Of a DNA stretch of 64,000 nucleotides, positions 23,558-35,511 are shown piece by piece. Where the stretch lies: assembly GCA_003223395.1 (NCBI GenBank), contig QHUZ01000040.1:5381-69380 (forward strand), read 5' to 3'. A model generated the notes under the pieces. It had not been told where the DNA came from and made no database searches. It saw nothing but the letters and a program-made list of their open reading frames with translations. Numbering within the stretch: position 1 is the stretch's first letter; every line of letters starts with the position of its first letter. The position numbers were made by a program, and so were the translations under genes. This DNA is from Gemmatimonadota bacterium (lineage in GTDB: Bacteria > Gemmatimonadota > Gemmatimonadetes > Gemmatimonadales > GWC2-71-9).

Positions 23558-24088
23558 ATGAAGGCTTTGACAGCCGCTCTCCTGGTGCTCGTCGCCGCCT
23601 GTGGGCAAGGTCGCGTCATCCTCAACGTCGACGTGTTGAGCTTCCTCGCGGCGAGCGATTCGGTGAAGTCGTTCAGCGTGCTGGGCGGAATACCCCAGAC
23701 GGACTCGACCGTATCGCGGCAGTTCTTTCTGCCCCCCGGATTCGGGAAATCGTCCGTCGATTCGGTCACTGCCACCGCGGCGGCGGCGCTCATATGCACG
23801 GGCGGTGGTGGAAACGTCCGCTTCGATGTGTTCTTCTCGAAAACGCAAGGCAGCGTGTTCACTGGGACGCCCTACCTGACAGCTTCAAGCGGTCCTCTGG
23901 TCGCCGGCGACTCCGTTTCGCTGTTGCCGCCGACGTCGGTGTCCCTTGCGGATACGGTTTTCAACACGGACACGCTCTGGGTCGGCATTCGCGCGCGCAT
24001 TGCAACAAATGTCGGGCCAAACATGACCGGGCGGCTGCGGCTTCAAGATCTCCACCTGAGAATCGCGCTGCAGGACAAGATCTTCTAG
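23558..24088 (+). CDS. Hypothetical lipoprotein
   Basis: Internal ATG 23558 of track ORF 23318..24088 gives MKALTAALLVLVAAC-GQG (lipobox). It lies 10 nt after the barrel gene's stop. Confidence 0.6.
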   Translation: MKALTAALLVLVAACGQGRVILNVDVLSFLAASDSVKSFSVLGGIPQTDSTVSRQFFLPPGFGKSSVDSVTATAAAALICTGGGGNVRFDVFFSKTQGSVFTGTPYLTASSGPLVAGDSVSLLPPTSVSLADTVFNTDTLWVGIRARIATNVGPNMTGRLRLQDLHLRIALQDKIF

Positions 24089-24091
24089 GGC

Positions 24092-24124
24092 AGCGCCGCC
24101 CTGAGCGGCGCTATATTTGTCTCT
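24092..24124 (+). terminator. Rho-independent terminator after the lipoprotein gene
   Basis: AGCGCCGC-CCTGA-GCGGCGCT forms a perfect 8-bp GC stem (24092-24112), followed by ATATTTGTCTCT. It lies directly upstream of the ispG GTG. Confidence 0.5.
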
Positions 24125-25402
<1,278 letters not shown>

Positions 25403-25782
25403 CGTCAACACCTCCGAAAAAAACGTCGCGATCTGACGGGGCGGGAAGTTGACGACCCCCAGCACGAGCTTCCCGACGAGGTCCTGCGGCTCGTAGTACT
25501 TCGTGATTTGTGCACTCGAATTCTTCACGCCGATCGCCTGCCCGAAATCAATTCGTAGCCTGTATGCCGGCTTGCGCGCCTGCGGAAAGAGGTCGGCCTG
25601 AACGATCCGCCCGACGCGGATGTCGATCTTGGCAAAATCGTCGTAGCTGATCTGGTCCATAGCCTACCCTGGATGTCCCCTTTTGAGGTCGGGCATCGCT
25701 GCGGGGCGTGCGGGGGAAGGTTGGCACGGGCATTGCCTTTCCGCTACGCGCAGCCCATTTCCACTCCTACAGGACGGCGATT

Positions 25783-26445
25783 ATGCGGCGGATCGGCATG
25801 GCGGTGCTGGGCCTGACGGTCGTTACGGGTCCCCTGATGGCTCAGCGCTCGGCGCTGCGTGAAGTCCACCGCGGCGGCAACGGGAGCTTCGGGGCCGACT
25901 TCGTCGTCGCTGAGCCGCTCGGTGAATTCAGCCGGAATGGCGATGTCGCCGCCGGTCTCTCGATCTTCGGCGTGACGAGTGGGGGCGCGCTCGCGCTTCG
26001 TGTCGAGGGCGCCTGGATGGCGTACGACGTGTCGTACCAGGGCTATGGTGTTTCTACCACTTCACAGATCGGCACGCTTGGCGCCGGCCCGCAACTGACC
26101 ATGGGCAAGGGCGCATTGCGGTTCTACGGGTTTGCGACGATGGGCGGATCTCTGTTCTGGAGCAATGCCAGCTACAACAGCTGTGGCTGCTCTGCCAGCG
26201 ATTGGCTCGACGGTCACGCGACCTGGATGCGGTCCGCAGGCGGCGGCGTGCTGCTCGGCATTACGGCCGGTCACACACCCATCGCGATCGACATTGGCGC
26301 TCGCGGCGTGCGGCACGATCGCGTGACGTACGTGCCGGCCGGCGGGCTGACGCGGAACCCTGACGGGAGCTTCACCGCACGGCAAGTCACGACGCCGGTG
26401 GACATGCGTGTGTATCAAGTCGGGGTGTCGATCGGGATTCGGTAA
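25783..26445 (+). CDS. Hypothetical secreted protein, probable small beta-barrel
   Basis: Internal ATG 25783 of track ORF 25708..26445 gives MRRIGMAVLGLTVVTGPLMAQ (signal peptide). Gly-rich alternating pattern. Confidence 0.5.
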   Translation: MRRIGMAVLGLTVVTGPLMAQRSALREVHRGGNGSFGADFVVAEPLGEFSRNGDVAAGLSIFGVTSGGALALRVEGAWMAYDVSYQGYGVSTTSQIGTLGAGPQLTMGKGALRFYGFATMGGSLFWSNASYNSCGCSASDWLDGHATWMRSAGGGVLLGITAGHTPIAIDIGARGVRHDRVTYVPAGGLTRNPDGSFTARQVTTPVDMRVYQVGVSIGIR

Positions 26446-26466
26446 CCTCCCCTGCCGTCCCCGGCC

Positions 26467-27323
26467 TCACCCCCTGGCCCCCTCTCCGCGTTGCGTAGAG
26501 GGGGTCTTCTTGTCGAAGATCTGGTGCAAATAGCGCTGCGGCGCGTTCAAAAAGTCCCGCGTGATGCGCACATGATCGAGCTCTTCGTACGCGACCGCCC
26601 GCACCGGTTTCGTGTCGAAGCTGTAGATCTGCGCGTCGGGGTATGCGAGCAACATCGGTGAGTGGGTTGCGATGATGAATTGGGCGTCCTGTGTCACCAT
26701 GTCCCCGATCATCGCGAGCAGCGCGAGCTGGCTCTGCGGCGACAGCGGCGCTTCGGGCTCGTCCAGCAGGTAGAGCCCGCCGGGGACGAAGCGCGACTGA
26801 AACAGCTTGAGAAAGCTTTCGCCGTGCGAATTGGCGTCGAGCTCGGCGCCGTAGCGTTTCTCCAACTCGGCGATGGAGGCGCGCAGCGGTCCCTGCTTCA
26901 AACCAAGCGCGGCGTCCGACCGCCGGCCCGCTGTGTACTGCTGGGCCGCTTCCATCATCTCGATCGCGAGCTCGGCCCGCAGGCGCGCGATGCGCTTGGT
27001 GAACCCGAAGAAGTCCTCCGCGCGCAGAAAAAATCCGCGCGTTGTGCGTTTCCTCCAGCTGAGCCTCAACGCCTTGCCGAGCCTGCGCTGCGCTTCGAGT
27101 GTGTCGTCGCGCTGGACCTCGGCGCTGCCAACCGTCGAGAGCCGGGCAGCGGCGGCGATGCCCTCGAGCAGCGTCGATTTTCCGGATCCGTTCTCGCCAC
27201 GAAGAACGTCACGGTGGCGTCCAGCGGGAGCTGCTCCAACGAGCGGATCGCCGGGACGGTGAACGGGAAGGCGGCGTCGTCACCGCCGCGGCGACTGATG
27301 GATGCCAAATGCACCGAGCTCAC
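26467..27323 (-). pseudogene. AAA/ABC-like ATPase (COG3910-type predicted ATPase) with a 1-nt frameshift at the Walker A motif
   Basis: Track ORFs 27066..27323 and 26467..27069 are two pieces of one gene. Read as GTG GGC GAG AAC GGA TCC GGA AAA TCG ACG, the sequence would give FFVGENGSGKSTLLEGIAAAARL. The actual sequence is gtggcgagaacgg, one G short near 27195-27200. The downstream piece carries Walker B LYLLDEPEAPLSP and ATHSP. Confidence 0.65.
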
Positions 27324-27480
27324 GGGTTCAAGATACCGGCCGCGAGAACTGGATTTGGAGCGAGTGTGGCAGGCGTGCTACAAGTTCCTCGCAGACACAT
27401 GTGGGTCGACGCGCTTGGCGTGGTCAGGAGGGCGATTCGTAGGGTACGGGACTTGCGGCCCAACCGCCACAGTGGACGCC

Positions 27481-28083
27481 ATGTCGGAGTCGAGTCCGGA
27501 CATCGGAGTACGGCCCGTTGCCGCGCAGGCATTCGAGCCCGTCACCCGCTTCCCGTCGCCCCCGCCTCCAAACGTGAGCCGGGAGAACCTTGCGGTGCTC
27601 TTCCCCGAAACGGATCCGGATGACGCGCCCCCTCAGCCGCAAATGCTGCATGGTTTCCAGCGTTTCGCCCGACCTGCCGCGTATGCTGCGTGCGCGTTGG
27701 CCGGTGCCGTCTTGGTGACGGCGATCTCTGGGCTCATCGGCCCTCGCCCTGGTGGGCCCGGTAATCGAGCGCGCGCCGATTCCGCACCGGCCGGCGCGGC
27801 GGTCAGCGACACTGCCCTGCTGGATCGCCGTGCAGACACGTTGGCACTCGCGTTATCCGCGTTCGATATGCGGGCGCGCATGTTCGACACACGCCGGATG
27901 GGGTGCCCGGCCTTGGCGCGTGGTCTCCAACAGGTGGAGGATGGCTGGCTGTCGTACAACCTTGCGCGCAAGGACTTGATGGCTGCCTCGGATCCCGCGC
28001 GCGACGCTCGCGACAAAGGCCTGTACGCGGACGTGCGGTTAGTGGAAGTGCGGTTCGAGCGCTCGACCTGTGCCCGGCCGTAG
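27481..28083 (+). CDS. Hypothetical single-pass membrane protein
   Basis: Internal ATG 27481 of track ORF 26662..28083; the part upstream of it is antisense to the ATPase gene. One TM (AAYAACALAGAVLVTAISGLI) followed by a roughly 110-aa C-terminal domain. Confidence 0.45.
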   Translation: MSESSPDIGVRPVAAQAFEPVTRFPSPPPPNVSRENLAVLFPETDPDDAPPQPQMLHGFQRFARPAAYAACALAGAVLVTAISGLIGPRPGGPGNRARADSAPAGAAVSDTALLDRRADTLALALSAFDMRARMFDTRRMGCPALARGLQQVEDGWLSYNLARKDLMAASDPARDARDKGLYADVRLVEVRFERSTCARP

Positions 28084-29587
28084 CGTGCGCTCCGGCCTCG
28101 GTGTTCTCCTCCTCGCGTCGATCGTCGCGCCGCTGGCGGCGCAGTCACCCCCGCCACTCGACAAGACCGAGCTGATTCGGCTGCTGACCAATCCCCTCTT
28201 CGCCCAGACCGAAGTGGCGGACGTCGTGCGCCGCAGCTGTCTCACGTTCCATCCCACGGAGCGGGACTGGGCCGATTTCCGCACCGCCGGTGCCGGCGGT
28301 GCGGTGATTGCCAGCGCAGCCGCCTGCGACACCCGTCGTACAACGACCTCCGCCGGCAACGCGGCGCCGAGCGCGGAACGGCCCCAACCCATCACGGCCG
28401 TCGCGCAGCCCACCGACATCACGATCACCGCCGGAGCCGCGCCGAGTGTTCGGGTTCGCCTGAGCCGGGGACGCACACCGATCCGGCGCACCACGCTGGA
28501 GCTGCGCGGCACGACCGCGCTGGGTCTGCCGCGCGACGCGACCGCGATGACCGATGACAGTGGGATCGCCGTGTTCCGGCTCCCGACCGTCTCCCGGGTG
28601 GGGGGGCATCTGTTCGAAATCCGGACCGGCGCCGGCGCGACGCTGCCCGGCCAACCGACGGTGCTGCTGTCGGTCAAATCCGCGCGTCCCGGCCGGATAC
28701 GTGTGACGCCGGACTACATCGCGTTCCGGAGCAACGATTCGACGGCGAGCATCGTTGCGGCAGTCACGGACTCACTGGGGAATCCGGTGCCGGGGGAGGC
28801 AGTGGATCTGAATGGCGGCATCGGCGCCCCGCTCACCGCGATCACGGATTCCGGCGGGCGCGCCGCATTTACCATCATGTCGAACGCAGTGGCGCGCGGC
28901 GGGTCAGTCCAGGTGCGTGTGCGGGGCCTCGCGCCGATCGACCTGGAGATCTCGGCACCGGCCGGCCTTTCGGGCGTCAACACCGGCTTTCTGCCTGTCC
29001 CGTCCTCATACGCTCCGGTGGGTAGCGCGTTGAACGACGCGCTGATTTTCCGCGCCCGGACGGTGCAGGGGGCGCCCGCGTCGGGCCGGACGGTCCACTT
29101 CCGCGCCCTCAATGCCCGCGTCACACCGGAAACCGCGGTGCTCGATTCAAGTGGACGGGTGCGGCTGGATGTCGTCCTCGGGATGCGCGCCGGTGAGGCC
29201 GCCGTATTCGCAAGCATCGATTCCGTCGAGCGCGTCGTCACGTTGCGTGCCGAGCCTGGCCCGATCGATTCGTTGATCCTCGACCGCAACGGCGAAGTGG
29301 TCAACGGACGGGCGATCGTGGTGCAGGTGGGTGTGCCCTTCGCCTTACGCCTGCGGGCCCGCGATTTGTACGGCAACGAGACGTCGATCGACGGGCTCGG
29401 TCAGGCGCTGAAGGCTGGTCGCGCCCGCCTCAATGTGCGGCAGCAGGATCTTCAGCTCGTCGGTCTGGAGTCGGCGGACTCGGCCGTCGTCGTGACGCTC
29501 AAGGCCGCGCGGGTAGGGACCTACCAGTTCGTGATCGGGAGCGGCATCACCGCGAACGTCCGGGTCGACGCCATTCCCAAGCCGTAG
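28070..29587 (+). CDS. Secreted protein with bacterial Ig-like (Big_1/invasin-type) repeats
   Basis: 505 aa. Signal peptide SGLGVLLLASIVAPLAAQ. Repeated segments resemble Ig-like repeats: AAVTDSLGNPVPGEAVDL...ITDSGGRAAFTI and FRARTVQGAPASGRTVHF...LDSSGRVRLDV. Confidence 0.55.
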   Translation: MPGRSVRSGLGVLLLASIVAPLAAQSPPPLDKTELIRLLTNPLFAQTEVADVVRRSCLTFHPTERDWADFRTAGAGGAVIASAAACDTRRTTTSAGNAAPSAERPQPITAVAQPTDITITAGAAPSVRVRLSRGRTPIRRTTLELRGTTALGLPRDATAMTDDSGIAVFRLPTVSRVGGHLFEIRTGAGATLPGQPTVLLSVKSARPGRIRVTPDYIAFRSNDSTASIVAAVTDSLGNPVPGEAVDLNGGIGAPLTAITDSGGRAAFTIMSNAVARGGSVQVRVRGLAPIDLEISAPAGLSGVNTGFLPVPSSYAPVGSALNDALIFRARTVQGAPASGRTVHFRALNARVTPETAVLDSSGRVRLDVVLGMRAGEAAVFASIDSVERVVTLRAEPGPIDSLILDRNGEVVNGRAIVVQVGVPFALRLRARDLYGNETSIDGLGQALKAGRARLNVRQQDLQLVGLESADSAVVVTLKAARVGTYQFVIGSGITANVRVDAIPKP

Positions 29588-29588
29588 C

Positions 29589-32500
29589 TCAATCCGCCGC
29601 TGCGGGCTCCTCGACCGGACGACGCTTGGCCCGCCGTCCGAACCAATGCTGCAGCGCGTCGAGGTAGGTGTAGACGACCGGCGTCACGTACAGCGTAATG
29701 AGCTGCGAGAACGCCAACCCGCCTACCACGGCCAATCCCAGCGGCCGCCGCGACTCGCCCCCGGCGCCCCAGCCAATCGCGATCGGCAGCGTGCCCATGA
29801 GCGCCGACATCGTCGTCATCATGATGGGCCGGAAGCGCACGCTGCACGCCTCGATGATCGCCTCGCGCGGTGACTTGCCCTCCGTGCGCTCCGCCTCGAG
29901 GGCGAAGTCGATCATCATGATCGCGTTCTTCTTCACGAGTCCCACCAGCATGATGATGCCCACGAACGCGTAGATACTCAGCTCAGTGCGGAAGATGAAG
30001 AGCGTCAGCAACGCGCCAAATCCGGCGAACGGCAGGCCGGACAGGATCGTCAGCGGGTGAATGAAGCTCTCGTACAGAATTCCCAGCACGATGTAGATCA
30101 CCACGATGGCGAGCAGCAGCAGGAAGAAGAGACCCTGTTGGCTGGACTGGAACGCCTGCGCCGTGCCGGAGAATCCCGTGCTGATGGTCGACGGCAGTGT
30201 CTGCCGCGCGGCCTTCTGGACGTCGTTGACCGCCGTGCCCAGCGACACTCCCGGCGGCAGGTTGAACGACAGCGTCACCGAGGGGAGCTGCCCGCTGTGG
30301 TTCACGCTCAACGGCCCGACATCGTTGGACGCCGAGGCGACCGACGTGAGCGGAATCAGCCTACCGCTTTGCGAGCGGAGGTAGAGCAGCCCGAGCGCCG
30401 ACGGATCGCGCTGGTATTCCGGCAGCAGCTCGAGGATCACCCAGTACTGGTTGTTCGGCGTGTAGATCGTCGAGACCTGGCGCGAGCCGTAGGCGTCGTA
30501 CAATCCCTGCTCGATCTGCTGCACGGTCACGCCCAGGCTCGTGGCGCGATCGCGGTCGATCTGGACGCTGACCTGCGGATTCTTGATCTGCAGGTCGGTC
30601 GTGACATCCTGCAGGGTGGGGATGCCGCGCAGGACGCGCTCCAGCTTGGCGGCGTTCTCATACAGCGCGTCGATGTCGGCGCTCTGCAGGGTGAATTGGT
30701 AGAGGGTCTTGGTCGGGCGGCCGCCGATGCGGATCGACTGTGGCAGCGACAGGTAGGTTCGGATCCCGGTCACCGAATTGAGTTTGGCGTTCAGCTCGCG
30801 AACCACCTGGTCGGCCGGGAGACGCTCACCACGCGGTTTCAGACGAATGCTCAGGCGTCCCTGGTTCATGGTGCCGCCACCGACCGTCGACATGTAGTGC
30901 GCGATGTTCGGGTCGCGCTGCACGATGTCCGCGACGGCGAGCTGATGGTCGCGCATGTTCTCGAACGAGGCGCCCTCGAGCGTCTCGGTGGTGCCCTGAA
31001 TCTGTCCCTGGTCTTCCGTCGGGATGAACCCTTTCGGCACGAACGGATAGAGGAGCACGGTCGCCACGAGAATGCCGAGCGAGAACAGCATCGTCGCCGG
31101 CCGGTGATCCATGACCCAGCCGAGCGTCCGCTCGTAGAACGCCAGGCTGCGCTGGTACACCCGCTCCGTCGCCTCGTAGAAGCGGCCGTGTTTCGCTTCT
31201 TTGGGCGGCCGGAGAAACCGGCTGCACAGCATCGGCGTGAGCGTGAGGGAGACGAAGCCGGAGACGAGAATCGCCACGCCGATTGTCACGGCAAATTCGT
31301 GGAACAGGCGGCCCAGGATGCCGCCCATGAGCAGCACGGGGATGAACACCGCGGTCAGCGACAGCGTCATCGACAGAATCGTGAAACCGATTTCGCGCGC
31401 GCCGTCGAGCGCGGCCTCCATCGCCCGTTTTCCTTTTTCCATGTGCCGGACGATGTTCTCCAACATCACGATCGCGTCATCGACGACGAATCCGACGGAC
31501 AGCGTGAGCGCCATCAGCGACAGATTGTCGAGACTGTAGCCCATCAGGTACATCACCGTGAACGTGCCGATGATGGAGAAGGGGAGCGCCAGACTCGGAA
31601 TGACCGTCGCCGAGAGGTTCTTCAGAAACAGGAAGATGACCATGACGACGAGGCACAGCGTGACGAGCAGCGTCAGCTGGACGTCGTTCACCGACTGTCG
31701 GATCGAGACCGACCGGTCGTAGAGCGTATTCACCTGGACGGATGCCGGTAGCTGGCCCGACAGCGCGGTGACGGTGGCCTTCACCGCGTCGGCAACCTCG
31801 ACGGTATTCGTCCCGGGCTGGCGCTGGATCGCCAGCACGATCGCGCGCCTGCCGTCGTACCAGCTTGCGTTGCGCGAGTCCTGGACGTCATCGAGCACGC
31901 GGGCGACGTCCTGCAGGCGCACGGGCGCGCCGTTCTGGTAGGTCACGGCGAGCTGCCGGAATTCCGGGGCGCTCGAGATCGAGCCGTCCGCGAGCACGGT
32001 GTACGCGCGCTGGGGGCCCCACAGCGTCCCGGTCGGCAGATTCGGATTGCCGGCCGACACCGCCGCCGTCACTTCATCCAGCCCGATGCCGCGCGCCTGC
32101 AGTGCCTTCGGATCTACCTGAATGCGCACCGCGTACTTCGCCGACCCGAACACCTGCACCTGCGCGACCCCGTCCACGGTGGACAGCCGCTGCGCGAGAA
32201 AGGTTTCGGCCTGCTCGTCGAGCGTCGACAGCGGCATCGTCGCGGACGTCAGCGCGAGATAGAGGATCGGCGAATCCGCCGGGTTCGACTTGTTGTACGA
32301 GGGCGGCTGAATGCCGGGCGGGAGCTGTCGCAACGTTTTGGAGATCGCGGCCTGCACGTCCTGCGCGGCCGCATCGATCTGCCGCGACAGCGAAAACGTG
32401 AGCGTGATGTTGCTGCTGCCCATGGTGCTCGACGACGTCATCGCGTCGATCCCGGCGATCGTCGAGAACTGCTTCTCAAGCGGGGTCGCGACGGCGGCCG

Positions 32501-32678
32501 CCATCGTCTGCGGGCTCGCGCCCGGCAAGCCGGCTGAGACGGTGATCGTGGGGAAATCGACGTTCGGCAGATCGCTCACGGGCAGCAGGCGATACGCCAT
32601 CAGCCCGAACATGAGAATCCCGAACATCACCAGCGTCGTGGCGACGGGACGGCGGATGAACAGCCCGGAGATGTTCAC
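29589..32678 (-). CDS. RND efflux transporter permease (AcrB/MdtB/MdtC-type, HAE1-like)
   Basis: 1029 aa, starting MNISGLFIRRPVATTLVMFGILMFG. 12-TM, two-large-loop architecture typical of the ACR_tran family. Confidence 0.92.
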   Translation of the reverse strand: MNISGLFIRRPVATTLVMFGILMFGLMAYRLLPVSDLPNVDFPTITVSAGLPGASPQTMAAAVATPLEKQFSTIAGIDAMTSSSTMGSSNITLTFSLSRQIDAAAQDVQAAISKTLRQLPPGIQPPSYNKSNPADSPILYLALTSATMPLSTLDEQAETFLAQRLSTVDGVAQVQVFGSAKYAVRIQVDPKALQARGIGLDEVTAAVSAGNPNLPTGTLWGPQRAYTVLADGSISSAPEFRQLAVTYQNGAPVRLQDVARVLDDVQDSRNASWYDGRRAIVLAIQRQPGTNTVEVADAVKATVTALSGQLPASVQVNTLYDRSVSIRQSVNDVQLTLLVTLCLVVMVIFLFLKNLSATVIPSLALPFSIIGTFTVMYLMGYSLDNLSLMALTLSVGFVVDDAIVMLENIVRHMEKGKRAMEAALDGAREIGFTILSMTLSLTAVFIPVLLMGGILGRLFHEFAVTIGVAILVSGFVSLTLTPMLCSRFLRPPKEAKHGRFYEATERVYQRSLAFYERTLGWVMDHRPATMLFSLGILVATVLLYPFVPKGFIPTEDQGQIQGTTETLEGASFENMRDHQLAVADIVQRDPNIAHYMSTVGGGTMNQGRLSIRLKPRGERLPADQVVRELNAKLNSVTGIRTYLSLPQSIRIGGRPTKTLYQFTLQSADIDALYENAAKLERVLRGIPTLQDVTTDLQIKNPQVSVQIDRDRATSLGVTVQQIEQGLYDAYGSRQVSTIYTPNNQYWVILELLPEYQRDPSALGLLYLRSQSGRLIPLTSVASASNDVGPLSVNHSGQLPSVTLSFNLPPGVSLGTAVNDVQKAARQTLPSTISTGFSGTAQAFQSSQQGLFFLLLLAIVVIYIVLGILYESFIHPLTILSGLPFAGFGALLTLFIFRTELSIYAFVGIIMLVGLVKKNAIMMIDFALEAERTEGKSPREAIIEACSVRFRPIMMTTMSALMGTLPIAIGWGAGGESRRPLGLAVVGGLAFSQLITLYVTPVVYTYLDALQHWFGRRAKRRPVEEPAAAD

Positions 32679-33826
32679 CGCGGTCCGTTCCCCGAGGCGG
32701 TGGGGTCTGCGCCGCCGCCGGCGGACTCGGTCGTCGGACCGCCGCGAATATCAACCTTGGAATTCGGCGTCAACCGCAGCTGGCCGTCGGTCACGACCAG
32801 CGCGCCCGCGGGCACACCGGCGACGACGCTGAGACTGTCGAGCGTGCGCTCGACGGTGACCGGTTGCGTCGCGGCGGTGCCGTCGTTGGTCACGACGAAC
32901 ACATAGGTGCCCTGCTGGCCTTGCATCACGGCCTGGCTCGGAACGACGACCGCGTCGTTCTGGACGCCGAGGACGAGCGTGATGCGGACGAACTCACCGG
33001 GCCACAGGCCGCCGTCACGATTCTGGAAACGGGCCTTGAGCAGCACGGTCCCGGTGGACGTGTCGACCTGATTGTCGACGAACGAGAGAATGCCTTGGAT
33101 GGACGACGCGGAGTCGCGTGCCGGCATCGCGATCGCGGCGAGCTGTTGACCAGCGCGCTGCCGGATCGCAGGCAGGCTGATCGCGGGAACGGGGAAGCGC
33201 ACGAGGATCGGGCGCATCTGCACGATCGAGACCAGCGGATCGTTCCCCGCGCGGACGAGGTTGCCCTCATGGAGGAGCAACCGTCCCGTGCGGCCACCGA
33301 TCGGCGCGCGGACCGTCGCGTACTCGAGGTTCAGCCGGGCGATTGCCGCCGCTGCCGAATCGGAGCGCACCGCGGCGTAGGCCGCGTCGGCCGTCGACTG
33401 CTTTGCCTCGTAATCTTCCTGCGTCACCGTGTTCGTTGCGGCGAGAGTCTTGTAGCGCGCGGCTTCGCGTGCGCCGCTTACTGCCTGCGTGAGATCGCGG
33501 AGCAGCGCTCCCTCGGCCTGCTGCAACGCGGCGCGGTAGGGACGCGGATCGATCTCGAACAGGATTTGGCCGGCCGCGACTTCGTCGCCTTCGGCGAAGT
33601 TCACGTGGAGGATCGTCCCGTTCACCTGCGGCAAGACGTCCACCGAACGGATCGGCTCTACGGTGCCGGTGGCCTCCAGCTCGTAGGGAAGCGAGCGGCG
33701 CTCGACGCGGGCGACGCTGACAGGGACTTTGGAAACGCCACCGCCCCGGCTCGGGCCACACCCGACCGTCGCGGCGAGCGCTATCGCCGGTACAAGGGTT
33801 CGGAAAGTCACGACATCTATACGCAT
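32675..33826 (-). CDS. RND efflux periplasmic adaptor (membrane fusion lipoprotein)
   Basis: 383 aa with lipobox ALAATVGC and HlyD_D23-type layout. The stop forms an ATGA overlap with the pump start. Confidence 0.85.
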   Translation of the reverse strand: MRIDVVTFRTLVPAIALAATVGCGPSRGGGVSKVPVSVARVERRSLPYELEATGTVEPIRSVDVLPQVNGTILHVNFAEGDEVAAGQILFEIDPRPYRAALQQAEGALLRDLTQAVSGAREAARYKTLAATNTVTQEDYEAKQSTADAAYAAVRSDSAAAAIARLNLEYATVRAPIGGRTGRLLLHEGNLVRAGNDPLVSIVQMRPILVRFPVPAISLPAIRQRAGQQLAAIAMPARDSASSIQGILSFVDNQVDTSTGTVLLKARFQNRDGGLWPGEFVRITLVLGVQNDAVVVPSQAVMQGQQGTYVFVVTNDGTAATQPVTVERTLDSLSVVAGVPAGALVVTDGQLRLTPNSKVDIRGGPTTESAGGGADPTASGNGPR

Positions 33827-33906
33827 ATCGTCCCCATGGCGTCATTTAGACCCGGTGGGCGGCGTTTTGGCTACCCCGCCGGTCGTTGCTAAACCTAGCG
33901 TCGTCC

Positions 33907-35442
<1,536 letters not shown>

Positions 35443-35462
35443 GACCAGCACTCGGCGCGACA

Positions 35463-35491
35463 ACGGGGCAACGAGAGATCCGTTGCCCCGT
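35463..35491. terminator. Bidirectional stem-loop between convergent comM and the bor-like gene
   Basis: ACGGGGCAACG-AGAGATC-CGTTGCCCCGT forms a perfect 11-bp stem. It lies 20 nt from each stop codon. Confidence 0.55.
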
Positions 35492-35511
35492 GTGCAGGCG
35501 GTTGGCCGGTG

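Noticed and set aside
26662-27480. The 5' two-thirds of track ORF 26662..28083 (473 aa).
   Set aside because: This part is antisense to the AAA ATPase gene and has junk-like composition. Only the part from ATG 27481 onward, which contains a TM segment and lies outside the ATPase gene, was kept.
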